Assembly: GCF_009914755.1 (NCBI RefSeq)
Contig: NC_060939.1
Source: the human T2T-CHM13v2.0 reference genome, Homo sapiens
Direction: 5' to 3' (one strand)
Length of the DNA: 64,000 nt
The position numbers and the translations under genes were made by a program. Below are positions 44,130 through 56,799 of the stretch, one piece after another. Positions within the stretch are counted from its first letter, which is position 1; the number at the start of each line of letters is the position of its first letter. Under the pieces are notes generated by a model. It did not search any database. It had not been told where the DNA came from and was given only the letters and a program-made list of their open reading frames with translations.

Positions 44130-45045
44130 GATTTTCTTTAAAAAATCTGTTTTCTAACTAACTGATAAAATGAAAAAAATCTTCACGTTCTCTAGAAATA
44201 AAATAATACAAAGCCAAAATTTAATACTATTTTTTGCTTCCAATTAGCAAAGATTTTGAAAATTATCTCATTCAGTCCTGGCAAGGGTGAGGTGAGATAC
44301 ACTCATTTGCTGGTGTTGGGAGTGTAAATTGGTACCACCCTCTGGAAAGGCAATTTGTCAAAATATGTCAAGAGTCTTACAGGTGTTCCAGCCCTTTGGC
44401 TCAGTTCATACACTTTCAGGAATCTATCCTAAGGAAAATAATTTGAATTTTGGATAAAGAGTTATGCGTAAAGGTGTTTATCATTCAGCATTGGAAGTAA
44501 GCAAATACTCAGAGTGCAATAATTGAATAGATAAAGGAATAGTTACATGATGAAAGAATTTTGTGTGGCTGTTAAAAGATATGAGGGGTGTTTAATGATA
44601 TCATAAAGTATTTTTTTAGAAAACAAAGCAGTTTAATAAGTTGCACATACCGCCTAGAAACAGTAATTCCACTACACAAAATTTTAGCCTTAGATAAAAT
44701 GATAGGAAGGAAATTTAGTGAAATCCCAAATGAAACCATCTCAAATGCACAGAAAAATTGCAAGAACAGTGCAAGGATGTTTTGTGTAAACCATTGAAGA
44801 GTAACCTGTTAACATGATGCCCTATCACTCCTGCAGACTTTCCTGTATCCGTTGTCCAAGGACCTTCTTCTATATAACAGAACACAACCATCAAAACTAG
44901 TCAACACACTAGTATTTATATCTGTCTGCTTTTGTGAGAATGCAGATTTTGGATAACTTCCTTCTTTCCTTCCCTCTTTTTTTCCTTTCTATAGTGTCAA
45001 CACTTTCACAATAGGTATGTATTAGTTTTCTAATTTAAAAAACAT
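44130..45045 (+). mobile_element. L1ME-like fragment
   Basis: TGTTGGGAGTGTAAATTGGTAC...CTGGAAAGGCAATTTG; AGGAATCTATCCTAAGGAAA. Confidence 0.7.
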
Positions 45046-45051
45046 ATTTTT

Positions 45052-45415
45052 TGTTCTCATATGTGGAAGCTAAAAACATGGATCTCATGGAGTTAGAGAG
45101 TAGATAGGTGGTTACCAGAGCCTGGAAAGAGTAGGAGGGTGAGGGGAATGAAGAGATTGATTAATGAACTCAAAAATACAGAAGAAACAAGATCTAGTGT
45201 TCAATAGTTCAGTAGAGTGACTATAGTTAACAATAGTTTGTGGTCTATTTCAAAATAGCTAGAGAAGAATCCGAATGTTCCCAACATAAAGATAAATGTT
45301 TGAAGTGATGGACATCCCAGTTGCCCTGATTTGATCATTACACATTGCATGCATGTATTAAAACACCACATGTACCCCCCAAAATATGTACAACTATTAT
45401 GTATCGATTTTTTTA
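45052..45415 (+). mobile_element. L1MA-type 3' end
   Basis: GGATCTCATGGAG...GGTTACCAGAG...TATTTCAAAATAGCTAGA...CCCTGATTTGATCATTACACATTG. Confidence 0.88.
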
Positions 45416-48074
45416 AGAGCATACCTTTTGGTAAATATTGAAATACATACATATACATGACAAAAACATGCTTTAAATCATCACAAGCTTTCACCTTCTG
45501 AGTGTCTCCAGTATACACGTTATTGAACTTCGCTTGGTTTCCTATTTTTTTAGTCCCATAATACCACTTTTAGCATCTACTTTAAGAAGAAACTTTCTTG
45601 TAAAGAATTAATTGAAAGGCAGGTGATACTCTATATTCCACTCTAACGAAATATTGTGATGCAACTCTGGGTACGAAGCTCTTTTTGTATGTGAGTCTTA
45701 CTTTTGCTCTTCCTTAATGATACATTTATATACAAAGAAAGTTTGTGGAAATTTAAAAAGTATGCCTCCATTCCTAGTGCCTGTCCTGTCACAAAAACTA
45801 TAGGAGTTATTATGTAAGTCATGCAATACAGTGATAAGGGCTTCACAATCTTCTTATCTGCCAAGAAAGAGACAGCAGAGGTCAAGACAACCAGAAAATG
45901 CAAAGTTTGAGGAAAAAAAGTATTAAAACAATAATTATGGAAAAAATAATCTATGTAAAATGAAAATTGAAGTCCTATTTCCATTATGAGGTTTATTAAA
46001 TTTTCTTATGGAGTATAAACATTGTAAGAAATTGTGTGGTTTGTTCCTGTTTAACAATTATTAATCATTAATTAAATTGTCTCTGTGTATAATGCAAAAC
46101 AGGCTTTTCAGTGGTATAATTCCCAGACTTCTAATCCAAGTAAGTCTCCTGGCTCCATTCCCTTCTAAGCACCTCAGAAAAGAATAAAATAGTAAAATAA
46201 ATTCCTTTTTTAAAAAGATCTCAATGAAAATTGCCATTCCTTCCAATTCAATATTCATTGGAAATAGGCACTGATTCTCTTGGTGGATGAAAACCATTCA
46301 CTTTAAAAGCTTTGGACACATGAAACTAGATGTAATGTGTCATCAAGGACTGGGAGGCAAGAGGACAATAAGCAAGGAAATGGCTGTGAGCTGCACCTGG
46401 GCAGTGGGTCCCTGTGGGAGGAGGATGCTGGAAAGGCAGGATCAGGGCAAAGGAAGAGGCGAGCCCAGGAGAAGGAGCTGTAGTGGGTGGCCGGGAAGTC
46501 AGCAGCTGGCGTTTAAGCACAGCCAAGAGAGAAGGGGATACAAAGTACTAAAGAGGGACTTGAGAGATTGAGGGGGCCTAGGAAGAGAAGTGTGTTCAAA
46601 AGATCCTGGGAAGAAATCCAAGGGACTAGACATTAGGTTAACAAGGCCCCAGTGGCTGCTAAGAGCAAGGATTTGGCCTGGAACTGAGGGTTGGGCTTGG
46701 AACCCCATAGAAAAGAACAAATAATCCCAATAAAGGACAGTACTAATGTCTAACCCTATGGGGGTGGGGGATGGGGGTGGGAGAGACAGAGAGAGAGAAA
46801 GAGGAATTCTTTATGTGGTCAGCTCTACATTATATGGTTCTAATGTAAATCAGTCAGCCAGCAGTCTGGGTCCATGTGGTTTGTCTTTGGTGGCCAATAT
46901 TTCTTTGACCCCCTTTGGTTTGAGGCATCTCTGAATAATAGGTGATGCACAATGAAAAGTAGAAGTGGTTGTTAAGTTTTCTGGAACTCTGAAGCCCAAC
47001 ATCACACAGAGAGTGAAGCGCTTTCTCAAGCAGCACCCTAGTAAGGTGCCCAGAACTTGTATAAATTATCGCTTTCAGCCTGTGGTATGTTAGCAGGCAG
47101 GAAGGGGCCTTGAGCAAACTGAGTTTGTGATCATGTTTAATCGGCTGCCTTTCCCAGGCCACTCAAGGGGACTTGTCTGTAAGCTGGAAACGATTTATTC
47201 CTGAAGGGAACATGAAGCCAAGACTTTGTTCTCCAGCTCATAATGAGAAAAGAAGAAAACTACCTAAGCCCTTGAGTAATTCCTGTTTGAGAGTGCCTTA
47301 CTCACTCTCTTCCCACAGAGTTCTACACTCCAGAAGGAAGGAAATGATTTAGAGCCCTGAGCAGAGATAAACCCGCTTTCAGCTCTAACCTGGTTTGCTG
47401 TCAGCACTGTTTAGATGAGAACATACAGCTGGTCCTGTATCTCCTTGATCAGGTTCCTCAATAATCCCAGCAATCTACATAAGTCAAAGGGGAATTAAGC
47501 ACATTTGCCCAAGGGCCAGGATGTTGGCAGGGATTCATTCAAGCCTTTGCAGCTAAGGTGTGACTCCCATCGAGTTATATGCTAATGCATAGCCATGGTG
47601 TGACAAATGGAGGGGGTAAAAAGATACAGGCCCTGAGAGACATGTGAATAGAGTGAGAAAACACAGATGTTGAGATTCTTCTATTTTTACCTGGCAGTCA
47701 GGTTGTTTGCTTTGGGACATGTTATCTGTTATCCAGTAGGGAAATGCCTAGAAGTTCTCCAAGAAGTTCAGTCTGTGGCTCCCCGGGATCATTATCTATC
47801 AAGGAGGCAAAGGGGAAGCGGATGTCTTGCAAAGACGGCACGCTCTGGGATTAACTTCTCATGGGAAGTCAGGAAAGGAAGAAGGTTGTGCTGACATTTC
47901 TCCGAATCTAGGCTTGGCTTCTTCCACAAATGTTAAGGAAAGATGGGTGAAGCAAACCAAGATTGCCATAGGTATCTTCCTCTTTCTCCCATTTTCCTCT
48001 CTATCCCATGTCACCCACGTCACCCAGGACTCTCATACTGGCTTGTCTGTCCTGAAACTCCTTATGTGTTGGTC

Positions 48075-49290
48075 CCTCATTTGAGCGTGTATTGAGCACT
48101 GTCTAAATTTGTGCTGATATAACAAAATACCTGAGACTGGGTCATTTATAAAGAACTAAAACTTATTTCCTCACAGTTCTGGAGGTTGGGAATTTTAAGA
48201 TAAGGTGCTGGAAGGTTCAGTGTCTGGTGAAGGCCCTGTCTTCTGCTTCCAAGATGGTGCCTTCTTGGTGCATCTTTGGGAGGGGACTAACACTGTGTCC
48301 TCACATGGCGGGAGGCAGAAGGGCAGAAGGGATCAATGCCAGCTCCCTCCAGCCATTTTATAAGGTCATTAGTGCTACTCATGAGGGCTCTGCCCCCACA
48401 ACTTGATCACCTCCTAAAGACCCCACTTCTTGATACTATTATATTGGTGATTAAGTTCCAACATATGAATTTTAGAGGACACATTCAGATCATAGCAAGC
48501 ACCTAATATAATCCATGCATTTTGGCCAGTCACTAGAGATATGAAACTGAATGTGAAACAAGCCATGCTCTTTGGAAGCTCACAATTTTGAAGGGTGCTA
48601 GGCTATAAGTCTTAGAATAATGGTATAGACATGTTATGGGACCACAGAGTCTGCCTGTCAGAAAGCTAGAGTCTAGAGTTGGGGAGTGAAGAGTCTAAGT
48701 GTGTCATTTGAAAAGAAGACATTTCAGTCAAGAAAGGAGTGAATCTAGGGACCAGGCTTAGGACAGTGTGCAAGGCACTCTGGGAAGACAGGGCCAGCCA
48801 GGGAGGCTAAAGCTTGAGGAATATGGGGTTGGTACAAGGGGCAGAGAGTCACCAAGAGGGGAGTCTAACTGGGAGGTTTGTCTTTGAAGGTTATATTCTA
48901 TAGACTGGACATAGAATAGATGGGAATTTGAAATAGGAAAGTGGCAGTAAAGATATAAGAGAGAGGGACTATTCAGAAAGATAGTTCAGACAGAATTCTC
49001 AGGACTGGTTGATCATAAATTATGAGTGTTGAGAGAAGTTGGAATGTAAGATACCTGTGAGGTTTCTGGCTTGGGCAGTGATTAGAGTGGCATGTCCATG
49101 GACTGAGACGGGTTTGGTGAAAATGCACACGGGAACTGATGAGTTCAATGGAGATCAGTTGATTGCAGGTGTCTAGGAGATGGGCAGATGAATTGGGTTC
49201 AAACTGGAAGAGAGGGCTAAGAGTGTACATACCAGTTGGAGACTTATGAGTACATTGCTGAGAGATACATGAAGGGAATAGAAAAGATCA
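48075..49290 (-). mobile_element. L2 split by an MST LTR
   Basis: TATTGAGCAC|CTA L2 3' end; GGTTTCTGGCTTGGGCA; GATGAGTTCA. Confidence 0.6.
48100..48497 (-). mobile_element. MSTD-like MaLR LTR
   Basis: CTGCTTCCAAGATGGTGCC...CACATTCAGATCATAGCA; perfect TSD AGCAC. Confidence 0.9.
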
Positions 49291-50994
49291 GCTAGGAGGG
49301 CCTTTCAGCCTTACGTTAGGCAGTGTCTTATATTTTAAAATTACTTCTCTCCATCTCTTCTATGAATTAAAACTCAATCCTGCCCCGCCACACTCTTAAG
49401 AAGAAAGCAGATGCTATGTTGGAGCTAACTAAAGGAAAAATGACTGATTGCTAGGTTGGAGGATTAGTTTCCTGAAGAGTATTTGCTTTTGAAGTAAGGT
49501 CCAAAATCTCAAGGATGAGAGTGAAAAAGCTGCAAAAAGAATAATACAATGTACATACTACTTGAACACTACCACCATATAATTTTATAACACTCTTGGA
49601 AGGCAGGTGGAACTGATATTATTAGTTTTATTACATAGACAAGCAATCTAAGGCTTAGATTAATTTAATGACTTCTCTGAATTTACATATGACAGAGTTA
49701 GAATTGAACTGGTTTCTTAAATTCCAATCCAATGGGTTTAACTAGTTTCCCTTACACTAGTCTGCTTTCACAAACAATAAGTGGAAAGGTGAGTATTACT
49801 GATTGCTGTTGGGAGTTAAAAAGTGTCTTCCTTCCTTACTGTGGAGGGGGAAGAGGAAGGTCAGTGGAAGGTTTATGATGGCAAAAATGCCCAGGAAGTA
49901 ACATTTTGGTAGTAAATCTCCAGATTTGCTTTGTTGTAGGATTTCAAAGATGAATGAATGCTTGTTTGCCCAAAGGTCTGCATCTCGACGGCTGGGCCGT
50001 GACAACTGTGGGGCTTCTCAGGTCACAACACCAAGGTGCCCACTCCCTCAAAGATTTGCCCTGTCTTTTAATTCTCAATTGAATTGTGATATATCTATGC
50101 ATATTTCCAACCAAAATCACTCAAACTTCAAAGTTAAAATGAAAGGCTAGCACTTTTAGAGTTATGCATGTTGTAAATATTCCATGGTTTTCAGCCCCAG
50201 AGTAAGAAATATAATAGTTTTTCATTCTAATGCCCTATTATTTACCTGACCTGACTGGAAAAAGAGAAAGAGAAAGACCTTGACCTTTTGCCATTTTCTT
50301 AAAGCGTATTTTATAGTCTGCATAATAAGGCAGTGGCTGTTTCAGTGATATTTTGTCCTGAAATCGATGTTAGAGATCGCCTCACGAGTGATTTGTAATG
50401 GAATTTTTATTTGATTTGCATTTTTACATTTACAATGCAATTTTCTCTGACACGTTATTTTTCTTGTAAGTTGCACTAAAACACGATATAAATAAGTAGA
50501 TTACATTGCTAAATAAAGGACAGGAAAAACATTAAAAAACTAGAATCAAATAATTAAACTTTTTTAAAGGACTGGGTCAATATATATATTTTATTATGTT
50601 TGGAAACTGAAAAAGTTAAACAGATATGAAATACTCATAATTTTGAAATGATTTTGCAAATTGGGAAGCTATAGTAATAGAATAAGTTATTTAAAAATGT
50701 GTATCAGTTTCACCATAACTTCACTGGCATTTATTCATTCAACAGATATTTATTAAGCACTTACTAAGTTTCTATCACTGATCTTGGTGCCCAGGATAAA
50801 GCATTCAATCACACAAAATAGTTTCTCCCTCATGGAACTTTTATAACCTGGTAGGGTAGAGTGAGTGTGTGTAAGTGTGTGTGTGTGTGTATGTGTGTGT
50901 GAGTGTGTGTGTGTGTACACACATATGTATGTGGAGATACTCATATATGGGCACATATACATATGTAAACATACACATTTACATCTATAGTTTA

Positions 50995-51790
50995 CTAACT
51001 TACTAGTTTAATGGGGAGATTGCATCATTGCAGCTTCAGCTGACATTTGATTTCTAGTGAGCCTGGGCATTCTTTCATTATTTCTGTCAGTTCTACTTCT
51101 AGAAACATTTGCTGTTCATATCTGCTTCTTACTTTAGGCTTAGTGATTTTCTTATCAGTTTGAATGATATATTTACATAATCATGCCACATTTACTGATA
51201 ATGTTTTCCAGCCTTATATATTTATGTGAAACATCTGTCTATATGAATGTACACAAGTTATTATGTAATCAGTTTATCAATCTTTTCCTTTCTGATCTGT
51301 GTTCTCACTTCCAAACTTAGAAAGTCTCACCCAGCACCTCTTCATCCTCTCCTTCCACTAACCTGGGTCCAACAAAGGAACAGGAAGAGAAAAGATACAA
51401 TTTTTTAAAACCCTATCTTTATGTAAACTAACTTACATGTATGTGCAATTTACCATACATTGTTTCATAGGTAAACATTGGATCATAATTTTCTTGCTAT
51501 CTTATAACCTGGGACTTTTATCTTTCTTAAAATAACAACATTTTCCCATGTTAATAGATACATATCTAGTTCTGTTTGCTAATTTTTGTACCCTCCAATT
51601 AACAAATATTTATATTTGTTTTTGAGGTTTTTTCACCATTATGACTATTGTTGAGATGGACATATTTGCTTACATATTTTTTCTCATATTCTTCCCTTAG
51701 GATATATTTCTATAAATACATATTTCTATAAATAGAATTTTGGAGTCAATTTTTTTTTTAAAATACATATCGCCAAATAAAGTGGCATTA
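50995..51790 (-). mobile_element. Ancient L1M fragments
   Basis: T-rich antisense L1 motifs (TCAGTTTATCAATCTTTTCCTTT; TTCCCTTAGGATATATTTCTA). Confidence 0.5.
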
Positions 51791-51854
51791 TTAGAGGACA
51801 GCCAGGTTTCAGTTGGGGCTGGAAGTGAAAGGAATCTTCTGTGAGAACATTGGG

Positions 51855-52352
51855 AATGAGAGAGAAGAAAGGAAGGAAGAAAGGACGAGATGGAGGAAGG
51901 GAGGGAGGGAAGGAGGGAGCAAGGAAGGAAGCAAGGAAGGAAGAAAGAAAGGAGGAAGGAAAGAAGTGAGGGAGGGAGGGGAGGAAAAAAGGAGGGAAAG
52001 AGGGAGGAAGGAAGGAAGAAAAGAAAAAAGGAAGGAAGGAAAGAAGGAAAGAAGTGAGAGAGGGAAGAAGTGAAGGAGGGAGGGAAGGAAGAAAGGAGGG
52101 AAAGAAGAAGGGAGGAAAGAAGGAGGGAAGAAGGAAGGGAGGAACAGAGGAAGGGAGGGAGGAAGGAAAGAAACAAAGAAAGAAAAGTAAGAAAGAAAGG
52201 AAAAGAAAGAGAGAAAGAGAAAAAAGAAAGGAAGAAGGAAAAGAAAGAAAAGTAAGGAAAGAAAGAAAGAGAGAAAGAGAAAAAAAGTAAGACGGAAAAG
52301 AAAGAAAGAAAGGAAGGAAGGAAGAAAGAAAGAGAAAAGAAAAGAAAAGAGC
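51855..52352. repeat. ~500 bp polypurine (GGAA/GAAA/GGGA) tract
   Basis: Almost purely G/A on the + strand. Confidence 0.95.
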
Positions 52353-54290
52353 CAAAGTCACAGAGTGCCTAAGTTAGCTAGTATACTAACGGTGGGGAAA
52401 ATGGGATGGAGGTGGGTTAAGGACAATAAGGGAATGATAATATGAAAGTCATTAGGTGGGGTGGGGAAGGGAATGAAGAATGAAAAGGAAGTGGCCACCG
52501 AGCTCATCTGTGAAGCAGGATGAAAACCTACCTCAGTGGTATCCAAGAAGAAAAGTCGAATTCAGGAAGCCAGGAAGGAGAAAAAACACTTTAAGAAACA
52601 TAGAGTAATCAACTGTGGCAAACGAGATTGAGAGATTGTGTAATTCGAGTGCTGGAAATTGACCATTGGATTTAGCAAGATGTAAGTTGCCAGTGGTCTT
52701 GACAGAATCAATTTAGCATTGTGTTGGGACTGAAAGTCTGAAGAGGTAAGAGGAGGTAAGAACGAGTTGACAGTGAGTTAGACCAAATTTACTGGGGAGC
52801 TTTGCTTTAAAAGAGGGCATTTCTAATAATAGGGTGAGAGATGGAGAAAGACAAGATCTAGGCAACATTTTTAAGATAGGAGATTCTGGGATTTGAGAGA
52901 ATCCAGTAAAAAACATTATCTTTATATATGACCAAATTCTGAATCTACTGAGAGATAGGAAACAGGCAGTCAAAGATCAAAATATTACTTTCATTACTGA
53001 CAAAAGTGTTGGTAGGTGGATTTAAGTCTATTAGCTAAAATACAATTAATAATATTGTACCGAGAATTAAGCAGACTTATCTGCCCAGTTCCTGGCAGCT
53101 CTGAACAATTGTGGGCCTTCCTCATGGGGGTCTACCCTTTTAAAACATAATTTTAAGGAAAGAAATAGAATGTGGGCTTTCTCCAGGCAGGGGGAGCCCA
53201 AGGAGGAAAGTGAAAGGAAGAAAGATCTGAGCTCAACTCCTCCATTTACCAATCACAACATTTATTTTTCCTGCCCTGGGAGAATGAATGAGGAATTCTT
53301 CCCTAAAAACGGATATTCTACCATGTCTTCTCATTGATGGAAATGACCAAATAGAAAGGGAGAAACTGATGATGCAGGAGTGAAGGGGAGAATTTCAAGA
53401 CCAGAGTCCTTGAGTAGTTTACAGGAGATGAGATCCAGTACCCAAGCATTTGATAGGAACTAGGAAAGATTATCCCACTTACCAGGAATGAAGGCAGAAG
53501 ATAGGGGTACAGATATATTTAGACTGACAAATTTTGTGTTGAAAGATACATTTTCTCTTCTGATTGTTCTTATTCTTCAGTGAAATAGGAAGTGAGATCA
53601 TCTGCTCTGAGTGAGAAGGGGAGAACAGGTTTGAAGAGACAGAAGGTGTGAAATAATCTTCCCAAAGAGTGGAAAAGCAAATTGCCTAGAGAGACAAAGA
53701 AAATTGGTTGGGCAGTGCTGAGGGTTTGTTTGAGTTTTGTGGTTTAAAATTTCAAGTGAGTCCATGCAGCATAATAGTAGATTTTTTTTTTCTGGCCATG
53801 CTCTGCTCAGATGCAAGGAGAGGGGATGTGGAGAGTTTTAATTAACCAAGTTTGTGCTCTTGCAAAATGAATCCTATGGAAAGAAAAGGGGAAAGGTTGT
53901 TTAGGTTGTATGCGAGGGACTGATGGACCATAGAATTTAGTCTAGTTTGAAAAGATGGAAATGAGAAGAGAGGTTTGATGTAAAGGAAAGAGATGAATGG
54001 GCAACAAACTGATGGTCTCTGTGGGTCAAAGGGCTTTTGCGGTTTGAGTACTGGAATAAATATGTTAGAAAATTAAGAGTGATTGTCAAAGATTGGAATG
54101 CCTGAAATTGATATTTGGAAAAGTTAAAGGTAATAATGAGGTTCAGAGTTTAATTATGAGAGTGAGTGGAGTGAATGGCTGAGGTCGATTGGTTGAAAAC
54201 ATCAAAGTAAAAAGATCTGAGAGGAAAGTTGTTGAATGGAAGATCTAGATAATTGTTGAAGTAATCAAGAATGATTACTGGATAGTCTGC

Positions 54291-54431
54291 AGGCTGAGGT
54301 GGGAGGACAGCTTGAGGCCAAAAGTTGGAAGTTGGAGTGAGCTATGATTGTACCATGACAGAGAGAGACCCTATGTCAAAAGAAAAGGAAAGAGAAAAGA
54401 GAGAGAGAGAAGGAAGGAAGGAAGGAGAAGA

Positions 54432-54501
<70 letters not shown>

Positions 54502-54565
54502 GAAGAAAGAAAGGAAGGAAGGAGAGGAAAGAGAGGAAAGAAAGGAAAGAAAGAGAGAGAGAGAT
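54291..54565 (+). mobile_element. FRAM/AluJ right-arm fragment with (GAAA)n tail
   Basis: AGGCTGAGGTGGGAGGA...AGTGAGCTATGATTGTACCA...GAGACCCT. Confidence 0.75.
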
Positions 54566-54949
54566 TAAGGAATACTGACAGAGATATACCATTAACTGAG
54601 TGCTAAAATCTTCAATAAGTTGTATGACTGAAAGGCCAGAAAATGATTGCAAGATGGAATAGTAGAAGGTAGTTTAGTCTAATGACATATGCCTCAAAAG
54701 ATTTTTGAAATAAAAAAGAAAAGAAAAGACCTAGAAAAACAATGATGAATAAGAAGGGCTCCAATCACCATCTCTTTAGTTTATGATGTGGGCATTGTGT
54801 GGGGAAAAGCAGATACCCCTAAGAGGGCTTCAAGGAAAGTAGTGTCCTCCTTTTAGGAGACAATTAGGTTTTAGATAAATCATAAAATAAAGGAATGAGT
54901 GTTCAAAGGAGAGACTGAGGATGCGAGAGATTATTCCAAAGAAAGGACA

Positions 54950-55387
<438 letters not shown>

Positions 55388-55869
55388 TTAGAGAATATAG
55401 ATCTTTATATATGGAGATATTTCCGCATGTTCTTTGATGATGTGGGTTCTCAAATTTGTGAAAGAGATATACTTTTGGTACTAAGGTATATGAGGCATGA
55501 TGGCATTTATTCCTGATGATTTCTTAGAGAAAAGAGAGACATCTCTTTCATTTACAACCATTTTTGATTACAATAGAGGAGAAGTGGGCAGCGTCTAATG
55601 GTGAATGGTGATCTTACCACAGTCTTATAGAAATCTGGGAAGTTCCTCAAATTCAGCTGTGGGTAGTATTACAGTACATTGAGCTACCCAGTTTACTCAT
55701 CTCTTTCCAGAATTTTCTTTGACATTCTGGTCCGTTTAGTCTATTGGATACAATGTAATACTACGTTGCAAGGTTTCCCAAAACACGTTGTTGATCTTGA
55801 CTAATTCTTATGATTGATTTGGAGCATAGTAGAAAAATATTGGAATCTTCCTCTTAATTCCACTAAAAG

Positions 55870-56270
55870 GTAAATTCTCCCCCTCTTCTGAATTTCCCAT
55901 AAGCCTTTACCTAAATCTTTCATATAACATTTTTATTGTAATTATTTTTATGAGTATCATATATCTATGACTTACACAACTTTCTATTACACTACAATGC
56001 CCAACACTGTACCTTACACGTAGAGGGTCTTTAATAAGTATATGTGGAATGAATGAATTTTAAAAGCAATGAACAAGATGGAAGTCAGACTGTATTCTCA
56101 AATTATTCTGCTTCTCACTATGTATGTGACCTTGAGCAAGATATTCAGCTTCTCTTATTTACATCTGTAGGGTGGGAATAATAACTATCCTGTTTATCTC
56201 ACAGGCTGCTGAAGTTGTGAGAAGTGTGAGAGCTAGAGGCAACATTTGCAAATGCTTTGAACACTGATTG
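55870..56270 (+). mobile_element. L2 3' end followed by a MIR
   Basis: TAATAAGTATATGTGGAATGAATGAA; TGTGACCTTGAGCAAG...CATCTGTAG. Confidence 0.65.
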
Positions 56271-56799
56271 CAAATAAGCTAACTCAACACTCAAATACAA
56301 AAAAAAATTATCATCTATTACAAGACAATTTGATAACTTGGAGGAAGCCCTCCATTACATATACAACAATTATTTTTGGCTTAGACATATCTGGAAAGAA
56401 AATGTCTAGATAGGACTCATATGATAATTAGAGTCTCTCATTCTGCCATCCATAGAACAGAAGTACGGCTGAAGGCAGCAGCTATGAACTGACTAGCCTC
56501 GACTCCAAATTCAACAAAAATTTTCTATGGCTTCATATCATAACCAAAATCCCAGCATTTTTAATTTATTCCTTGGAACTAAACATTGTCTTTATTCTTT
56601 GAGTTCTAGTTCAAACAAAATAGAGGAATGGTACAAATCCCAGCTTTGTGATTAGCTGGGCCTATGACTTTCACAAAGCTTCCTAATTTGTACAATAGGT
56701 ACAATATTATCATCTTCCCTTTAAAGTTATCATGAGGACAAAATAAGATAATGTAATGATACCTGTCTCATGCCAGTCCCTCAATAAATGTTAGAGATT

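Noticed and set aside
51697-52361. Long Phe/Ser/Leu-rich or Lys/Glu/Arg-rich ORFs (also at 20421-20747, 27389-27685, 54325-54652, 57331-57705)
   Set aside because: These are translations of simple purine/pyrimidine repeats that lack stop codons.
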